Part shown: in pieces, positions 57,557-64,000 of the stretch
Position numbering within the stretch: the stretch's first letter is position 1
How the letters are laid out: the number at the start of each line of letters is the position of its first letter
NCBI GenBank assembly: GCA_965216785.1
Contig: OZ244197.1
Location: forward strand, 704,001-768,000
Length of the DNA: 64,000 nucleotides
From: Thermodesulfobacteriota bacterium
GTDB lineage: Bacteria > Desulfobacterota_D > UBA1144 > Nemesobacterales > UBA2774
Direction of reading: 5' to 3'
Position numbers and translations under genes: made by a program
Notes under the pieces: generated by a model
Told to the model about the DNA's origin: nothing
Databases searched by the model: none
What the model saw: the letters and a program-made list of their open reading frames with translations, nothing else

Positions 57557-59311
57557 TTATTTATCTGAACGCTCAAAGAAAGGAGGGGGCAGCAGAGGGA
57601 GTTTCTCCTTTTTAGAAGAGGTACGCTGAAACTCCATCTCGGACACTAAAATACTGGGAGCAATTGTAGAAATCGGCACGTAGCCAGACTCCGCTCCGCA
57701 AAATCCGTTAAATACAGCGTAGTCCTCGCCCGTAGCGATGATTTTGTTTATCGACACAAGAGGGGTTCCTACCATTTCTATATCCCTCACGGGGGTTTCC
57801 TCCCCAGTCTTGGGGTCTACCTTGTATATAACGGCGGGAGTGGCCCTGAACGCCTGGAAATTGTAAGAGGAAGTATTGGTCTCACCACCCTCCATTTTCT
57901 TTATTAATAGGCCAAAGGGTTTTTGCTGGCGTTTTACTTCCTTGATGAGGAGCTCTTTTAACTCCTCATTTGTGTGGGTGCTTTTAGATTCGATAATAGT
58001 ATTACTCATCCTTGCAATGGGCGCTCTGCCATAAGAGGCCCTACCGTGACCGTTTGAGCGCTGGAATCCGTTTACAGGGGTTCTTGATAGCAGGAAGTTT
58101 CTGAGCACTCCGTCCTCTACGAGCACGACCCTTTGTCCCGGTACGCCCTGGTCGTCAAACGGGTAATAGCCCATCAGATGCGTACCCTCAAAACTCTTAA
58201 GTGTCGGATCGTCAATAATGGATAGAAACTGCGGTATCACTTTCTCGCCAACTTTATTTCTGAATGTCTGCCCCTCGTTATCGTCTATCTGCCTCTCGCC
58301 TTCGAGTCGGTGCCCAACGGCTTCGTGGAACACTACTCCTGCGGCCTCGGGCTCCAGCAGCGCGGGCACGCTGAGGGGCTGAAGCACCTGGGCGTCTCTC
58401 ATACGGATAGTCTCGTCCACCATATCTTTTAACATAGATTTTAAGTCCTTAAGCGGGGGTATGTCTTCTGGGGTAACGTAGTAAAGGTTTCTGTAATTGG
58501 ATATTTCCTTCCCGTCTTTTGCCCTGGCTGACACCTGGGCGTCTATAGAGTAAAGCACCTCATCCCTCACATAACGGGTCCCTTCTGTATTGACGAAATA
58601 AACAGTTTCTTTTTGAGCCGTGACGACAACGTCGCCGTTTATGAGTTCTTTATAATTTTTATAAACCGCGGATAAATCCCTTACCCTGTTTTCCCAAAGG
58701 GCTGTATCGAACGTAAGATTGAGCTCGGGGCCGAAAAAAGTATGTCTGTCTTCCTTTGTGAAACTCTTTATATCCTCATCCTTAACCTCATGAACTATAG
58801 TGGCTTTCTTATTGAAGTACTGAGTTAGGGCTTCTTTGTACGCGTGATCCGTTACCTGCCACAGTACCGCCCTGATGGCATCGGGATCATTATCAAGAGG
58901 AACGGAAGAGGCGTCGTGGAAGGGGACGACACCGCCCGAGCGGCCCTTTATGGAGTTATCGAACTCATAGTCCCCTACGCGTACGTCTACATAGAGGCGT
59001 CTTATCCTGTTTGTGTCCGAGTCTACTATCGCTCCGTACTTGCCCTGAATGCTCGTGTAGGAGTTGTCTTTTATTTGATAGCTTATGAAATAGGGCGCTT
59101 CATACCCCTCTAATTTCAGCTTTGTTTGAGAGCGCTCGAGCTCATCCGACATTGCGTTTATTACAATGACATCGCTCCTTTCTTCACTTTCTTTCGCCTG
59201 TAAAGAGAATGCGCCTTGAGGAATAAACAATGCTGTAATTAATAGGAGAGTGAATATAGAATGTGATATAGGCCTAATAGAGCACATATATAAAAAGGTT
59301 AGCTTTGACAC
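57557..59311 (-). CDS. TldD/PmbA family metalloprotease with signal peptide
   Basis: FHEAVGHRLE, DD.GV, SNGHGR, RMSN, NGFCGAESG; start uncertain. Confidence 0.85.
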   Translation of the reverse strand: MSKLTFLYMCSIRPISHSIFTLLLITALFIPQGAFSLQAKESEERSDVIVINAMSDELERSQTKLKLEGYEAPYFISYQIKDNSYTSIQGKYGAIVDSDTNRIRRLYVDVRVGDYEFDNSIKGRSGGVVPFHDASSVPLDNDPDAIRAVLWQVTDHAYKEALTQYFNKKATIVHEVKDEDIKSFTKEDRHTFFGPELNLTFDTALWENRVRDLSAVYKNYKELINGDVVVTAQKETVYFVNTEGTRYVRDEVLYSIDAQVSARAKDGKEISNYRNLYYVTPEDIPPLKDLKSMLKDMVDETIRMRDAQVLQPLSVPALLEPEAAGVVFHEAVGHRLEGERQIDDNEGQTFRNKVGEKVIPQFLSIIDDPTLKSFEGTHLMGYYPFDDQGVPGQRVVLVEDGVLRNFLLSRTPVNGFQRSNGHGRASYGRAPIARMSNTIIESKSTHTNEELKELLIKEVKRQQKPFGLLIKKMEGGETNTSSYNFQAFRATPAVIYKVDPKTGEETPVRDIEMVGTPLVSINKIIATGEDYAVFNGFCGAESGYVPISTIAPSILVSEMEFQRTSSKKEKLPLLPPPFFERSDK

Positions 59312-59357
59312 CGGAGTATGTAAAGTAAATTCATATACCGCACCCTCAAATAACCTC

Positions 59358-60173
59358 TTAAATATGCGAGTTTTTGTATAAGTACAAAAATACTATTACC
59401 ATGGCAAGCACCAAACGATAAACGACGAAGACGTTGTAGCTTCTGTGTCTAACGAACCTGAGCAGATACTTAATGGCGAGGAAAGCAAATACTGCTGAGG
59501 CAATAATTCCTGCCGCGAACGGGAGACTTAACACAGAGGATAGCTCTAAGTGGCGTGATTCGAATACTCCGGCCCCGGCTATGAGAGGGGCAGCCAGCAT
59601 GAATGAGAATTTTGCGGCTTGATCTCTTTTATAGCCCCTGAACATAGCGCCGGTGATCGTGACGCCAGAGCGCGATACTCCAGGTACGATAGCAAAAGCC
59701 TGAGAGATACCAATGATGAGACAGTCAACAAGACCCATCTCTTCTACGGATTTACTCTTTTTCGAGTATTTGTCAGACGCGTATAGAAGCACTCCGAAAA
59801 ATGACAGAGAAAATGCCACGTAAAGCGGGTTACGCAGAATGCCCGATGCGTAACTCTCAAAAAACACCCCGGCCAGTCCCCCCGGAATGGTTGCTATTAT
59901 AAGATACAAACCCATCCTTCCGTCCGGATTGTCTGAGAAGCTCAACTTGGACAAGCATCTTAGAAATTCTCTTATTATACGAATCCAGTCCTGTCGGAAG
60001 TAGTAGATTATCGCAATCAGGCTCCCCACGTGAAGGGCTACATTAAAGGCGAGTCCCTCGTCATTCCACGAGAAAAACCAGGGCATGAGCACAAGGTGGG
60101 CCGTGCTGCTTATCGGGAAGAATTCCGTAATCCCCTGTATAGCGCCTAGAATGATAGATTGTATAAAGTCCAT
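59358..60173 (-). CDS. uppP: Undecaprenyl-diphosphate phosphatase
   Basis: LGAIQGITEFFPISSTAHL, PGVSRSG.TI, AAKFSF. Confidence 0.96.
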   Translation of the reverse strand: MDFIQSIILGAIQGITEFFPISSTAHLVLMPWFFSWNDEGLAFNVALHVGSLIAIIYYFRQDWIRIIREFLRCLSKLSFSDNPDGRMGLYLIIATIPGGLAGVFFESYASGILRNPLYVAFSLSFFGVLLYASDKYSKKSKSVEEMGLVDCLIIGISQAFAIVPGVSRSGVTITGAMFRGYKRDQAAKFSFMLAAPLIAGAGVFESRHLELSSVLSLPFAAGIIASAVFAFLAIKYLLRFVRHRSYNVFVVYRLVLAMVIVFLYLYKNSHI

Positions 60174-63005
60174 TTAATTCGCTGCCCCGTTTGATGAATG
60201 CTTTGTTTTAAGAGCGCTTTTGAGATAAGTCCCTGTGTAGGAGCCTTTTACCTTTGAAACCTGCTCCGGGGTTCCCGAAGCAACTATCCGCCCTCCCTCC
60301 TCGCCACCTTCGGGGCCAAGGTCAATCACATAATCAGCGCATTTAATAACATCGAGATTGTGCTCGATTACAATCACTGTATTACCCATGTCGGTAAGCC
60401 GGTCAAGTACCTTTAGGAGTTTTTTCACGTCATCGAAATGAAGCCCTATCGTAGGCTCATCCAGTATATACAAAGTGTTTCCTGTGTCTCTTCTGGAAAG
60501 CTCTTTTGTGAGCTTTATTCGCTGCGCCTCGCCTCCTGAGAGAGTGGTCGCGGGCTGTCCGAGCCTTATATAACCCAGGCCCACCTCCTCAAGCACATCG
60601 AGCTTTGATTTAATATGAGGCACGTTTTTAAAAAATTCTGCTGCCTCACTCACCGTCATATCAAGCACGTCGGCAATACTCTTATCGTTATATTTTATTT
60701 CTAGCGTTTCTTGATTATACCGGCCCCCGCCGCAGCGCTCGCAGGTTACGTACACATCAGGAAGAAAATGCATCTCTATCTTTTCAACACCGTAACCCGA
60801 GCAGCCTATACAGCTGCCCTCTTTTACGTTAAAGCTGAACCTGCCGGACTTGTAGCCGCGCGCATTGGCCTGAGGAAGCATTGCAAAAAGCTCCCTGATG
60901 GGCGAAAACAACCCTGTGTATGTGGCGGGATTAGATCTGGGCGTTCTACCGATAGGAGTCTGCTCGACGTGTACGACTTTATTTATGTCACCATCACCGG
61001 TTATTTTTTTATGGGCTCCCACCCTCTCCTTACTTCTGTACAGTTTTTTACTGAGCGCGTTGTATAGAGTATCTAAAACGAGCGAGCTCTTGCCCGAGCC
61101 CGAGACTCCCGTGACACAAGTCAACACTCCGATCGGGAATAGCACATTGATGTTTTTAAGGTTGTGCTCGGACGCTCCTTTTAGGGCTATCTGAGCTTTA
61201 GGCTTTCTCCTGCGAGAGGGTATGGGTATTGTAAGGTTCCCGGATAAATAACGTACAGTTATGGACTCCTTAAAACGGGAGAGCCTTTTTATATCCCCCT
61301 CAGCCATTATCTCACCGCCCTTTTCTCCTGCTCCGGGACCTATATCGACTATAAAATCGGCGTTTCTGATAGTGTGCTCGTCGTGCTCCACTACTAAAAC
61401 GGTATTTCCGCTGTCTCTTAGTGATTTCAGTGTCTCGATGAGCCTGTCGTTATCCCTTGAATGAAGACCTATCGTAGGCTCGTCCAACACATAGGTTATG
61501 CCCGTGAGCTTTGAGCCAACCTGAGTTGCGAGTCTAATTCTCTGAGCCTCACCCCCCGATAGAGTGGGCGCCGAACGGTCCAGAGTGAGGTAACCAAGCC
61601 CTACATTTTGAAGAAAAGAGAGGCGAGATTCTATTTCTTTCAAAATTCTTTGTCCTATGACAAACTCTCTTTCCTTGAGCTCTAGATTATCGAAAAACTT
61701 AATACCTCTATCTACCGGCATGGAGGATATGTCGAAGATTGATTTCCCGTCCAATAAAACCGAAAGCGATTCTTTTCTTAGCCTTGAACCTTTACAATCC
61801 GGGCACTCGGCTGTGCGCATGTATTGTGAGAGTTTCTCCCGAACCTTAGCGGAATCGGTCTCTAAGTACCACTCTGCAATAATCCCTGAAACTCCCGCAT
61901 AGGTATCCCAGTACTTGAGCACTCTGTCCCGTCTCTCCCTGTGGAACATCACCTTTTCGTCACCGGAGCCGTATATGATGAGCTTTTTAACTTTTTCAGG
62001 CAGGCTTTTAAATGGCTTACTCAGACTAAAACCATAAAAATCGGCTACTCCTTCTATAATATTTCTGAAATACCCCGAGTTTCTCCAGGGAATAATAGCC
62101 CCGTCCTTTATGGACATTTCCTCATCTATCATTAGCTCTGGGTCGCAAAACGAGGTCTCGCCTATGCCGTGACATACGCTGCAGCAACCGTAGGGACTGT
62201 TAAAGGAAAAGAGCCTTGGCGATATCTCCGGGTAGCTTAAACCGCACTCGGGACATGCGAATTTCTCACTAAATGTCATGCTCGCCCCGCTACCCGACTC
62301 AACGATGGCTACTCCGCCCGAGCGCTTAAGCGCAATTCTTAACGATTCACTCAGTCTTTCCCCTACGCCCGAGGAACGGAGGACTATCACATCCACGAGT
62401 AGCTGGATTGTGTGTTTCTTCTGTCTGCTTAATTTTATCTCCTCGTCCAGATCGTAAAGCTCACCGTCAATCCTGACCCTCAGGTAACCCTCGCCCCGAA
62501 GATTCTCAAGCTCTTTTCTATACTCACCTTTCCTGCCCTGTACTATCGGTGAAAATATGGAAACTTTCTCCCCCTCTCCGAGCTCAAGGACAGCTTCGGC
62601 CATCTTATCCAAACTCTGTGCGGATATAGGCGTTCCGCAGCTATAACAGTAGGGCTTTCCGAGACGGGCAAAGAGGAGTCTTAGAAAATCGTAAATTTCC
62701 GTTATCGTTCCCACTGTAGAGCGGGGGTTTCTCTGAAATGTTTTCTGGTCGACTGAGATTGAGGGGGATAGACCCTCTATCGAATCCACATCGGGCTTAT
62801 CGATCTTCTCAACAAACTGCCTTGCGTAGGCCGAGAGAGATTCCATATACCTGCGCTGACCTTCGGCAAATACGGTGTCGAACGCAAGCGAAGATTTGCC
62901 GGAACCGCTTATACCGGTGATTACAACAAGTTTTCCCCGGGGCAGCTTTAGAGACACGTCCTTTAGGTTGTGTTCCCGCGCCCCCGTGATCTTTATGGAT
63001 TCCAA
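60174..63005 (-). CDS. uvrA: Excinuclease ABC subunit A
   Basis: GAREHNLK, GSGKSSLAFDT, two LSGGEAQRI signatures, Zn-finger CxxC pairs. Confidence 0.98.
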   Translation of the reverse strand: MESIKITGAREHNLKDVSLKLPRGKLVVITGISGSGKSSLAFDTVFAEGQRRYMESLSAYARQFVEKIDKPDVDSIEGLSPSISVDQKTFQRNPRSTVGTITEIYDFLRLLFARLGKPYCYSCGTPISAQSLDKMAEAVLELGEGEKVSIFSPIVQGRKGEYRKELENLRGEGYLRVRIDGELYDLDEEIKLSRQKKHTIQLLVDVIVLRSSGVGERLSESLRIALKRSGGVAIVESGSGASMTFSEKFACPECGLSYPEISPRLFSFNSPYGCCSVCHGIGETSFCDPELMIDEEMSIKDGAIIPWRNSGYFRNIIEGVADFYGFSLSKPFKSLPEKVKKLIIYGSGDEKVMFHRERRDRVLKYWDTYAGVSGIIAEWYLETDSAKVREKLSQYMRTAECPDCKGSRLRKESLSVLLDGKSIFDISSMPVDRGIKFFDNLELKEREFVIGQRILKEIESRLSFLQNVGLGYLTLDRSAPTLSGGEAQRIRLATQVGSKLTGITYVLDEPTIGLHSRDNDRLIETLKSLRDSGNTVLVVEHDEHTIRNADFIVDIGPGAGEKGGEIMAEGDIKRLSRFKESITVRYLSGNLTIPIPSRRRKPKAQIALKGASEHNLKNINVLFPIGVLTCVTGVSGSGKSSLVLDTLYNALSKKLYRSKERVGAHKKITGDGDINKVVHVEQTPIGRTPRSNPATYTGLFSPIRELFAMLPQANARGYKSGRFSFNVKEGSCIGCSGYGVEKIEMHFLPDVYVTCERCGGGRYNQETLEIKYNDKSIADVLDMTVSEAAEFFKNVPHIKSKLDVLEEVGLGYIRLGQPATTLSGGEAQRIKLTKELSRRDTGNTLYILDEPTIGLHFDDVKKLLKVLDRLTDMGNTVIVIEHNLDVIKCADYVIDLGPEGGEEGGRIVASGTPEQVSKVKGSYTGTYLKSALKTKHSSNGAAN

Positions 63006-63069
63006 GGTAGTAAAGTTTACCAGTAATTCGGGCGAAAGTTATATAAACAGATTAGCGCCCAAAGCTCCT

Positions 63070-63999
63070 TTATTTGAACGATTTAATTTCCTGTACAGTC
63101 TTCTTATCGAGCTTTTGAAGTATGTTCTTAAGCAGCTTTACCGTATTGTCGAAGTCGTCTCTGTGCATGATGGCGTTATGGCTGTGTATGTGTCTCGTAG
63201 GGACCCCGAGCACCACCGTAGGGACTCCTGTCTTGTGAAGGTGAATGACCGAGCCGTCAGTGGCTCCCCCTTCCATAGTAGTGAATTGTAGTGGTATTTT
63301 TGCTTTCTTCGCCGTATCTATTACAAGGTCTCTGAGCTTTAAGTTGGGAATCATACGCGCGTCATAAAGTAGAAGAGAAGGGCCTTTACCCATCTTGGTA
63401 GAAGACTCGTCGGGCTTTATACCCGGAACGTCCCCCGCTATATCTGACTCGAGTATGAAGGCTATGTCGGGGTTTACCATTTCAACGCTTGTGGTTGCCC
63501 CTCTCACGCCTACCTCTTCCTGAACGGTAGTGACGCCGAATATTGTATTTGGGTGCGTAGGTTTCGGGAAGGACCTTAGCGCCGAGATAACGAGCGCGCA
63601 ACCGACGCGGTCATCAAACGCTTTAGACATATAGGTCTTGGTATTGGACAAAACAGAAAACTCGCTCACCGGGACTATTGGATCGCCCGGACGCACACCT
63701 GCTTTTTCGACGTCTTTTTCCGAGACAGCGCCGATGTCTATGTACATATTTTTTCTGACTACTACCTTGCCCCTTTCTTCCTGACTCAAGAGGTGGGGGG
63801 GCTTTGCGCCTATTACGCCCAGCACATCCCCTTTACTCGTTTTGATGATGACCCTCTGCCCGAGCAGCACCTGATCCCACCAGCCGCCCAACGTCGTAAA
63901 GCGGATAAACCCGTCTGTTGAGATGTGCTTGACCATAAACCCTATCTCGTCCATGTGTCCCGCAAGCATGATTTTTGGCCCTCCGGATTTACCCGGCTT
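63070..63999 (-). CDS. M42 family (TET) aminopeptidase, 5'-truncated by window end
   Basis: AGHMDEIG, KAFDDRVG, VQEEVG.RGA, GGATDG, RHIHS; frame open to window edge. Confidence 0.93.
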   Translation of the reverse strand, partial: KPGKSGGPKIMLAGHMDEIGFMVKHISTDGFIRFTTLGGWWDQVLLGQRVIIKTSKGDVLGVIGAKPPHLLSQEERGKVVVRKNMYIDIGAVSEKDVEKAGVRPGDPIVPVSEFSVLSNTKTYMSKAFDDRVGCALVISALRSFPKPTHPNTIFGVTTVQEEVGVRGATTSVEMVNPDIAFILESDIAGDVPGIKPDESSTKMGKGPSLLLYDARMIPNLKLRDLVIDTAKKAKIPLQFTTMEGGATDGSVIHLHKTGVPTVVLGVPTRHIHSHNAIMHRDDFDNTVKLLKNILQKLDKKTVQEIKSFK

Positions 64000-64000
64000 C

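Noticed and set aside
126-63291. Numerous 60-180 aa antisense ORFs in the supplied track
   Set aside because: They lie opposite well-supported genes and lack motifs or RBS; treated as shadow ORFs

Overview
Bacterial chromosomal window, mostly housekeeping genes: mnmG, an RpoD-like sigma factor, tRNA-Leu(CAG), prs-rplY-pth-hppA-rpsF-rpsR-rplI, thi4, a degP-like protease, clpS-clpA, tag, a DEAD-box helicase, rpmB, acs, uppP and uvrA. Four IPTL-CTERM surface proteins and the gene content suggest a Candidatus Dadabacteria / Desulfobacterota-like diderm (inference, not verified). No CRISPR array, rRNA, transposase or prophage was seen. The most striking region is a probable zinc-uptake locus at 42.9-50.5 kb. 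It has a consensus sigma70 promoter overlapped by a perfect 11-1-11 Fur/Zur-type palindrome, a Fur-family regulator missing the canonical regulatory-site ligands, and a CbiM/NikM-type ECF transporter with a non-canonical MSHLHIPDG N-terminus and no CbiN/NikN. These are followed by a His/CxxC upstream ORF ending in RSPP (arrest-peptide-like), attenuator-like RNA structure, an outer-membrane barrel and ZnuABC-like genes. Other leads: a FemAB-fold gene coupled to an Arg-gatekeeper clpS and clpA; tandem IPTL-CTERM paralogs with co-varying isopeptide-triad residues; an IPTL-CTERM gene bracketed by 37-bp inverted elements; an AT-rich two-gene islet after clpA; a Cys-type Thi4; a candidate anti-SD sRNA; and an unlisted 56-aa acidic ORF. 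All calls come from motif recognition by eye; no searches were run.
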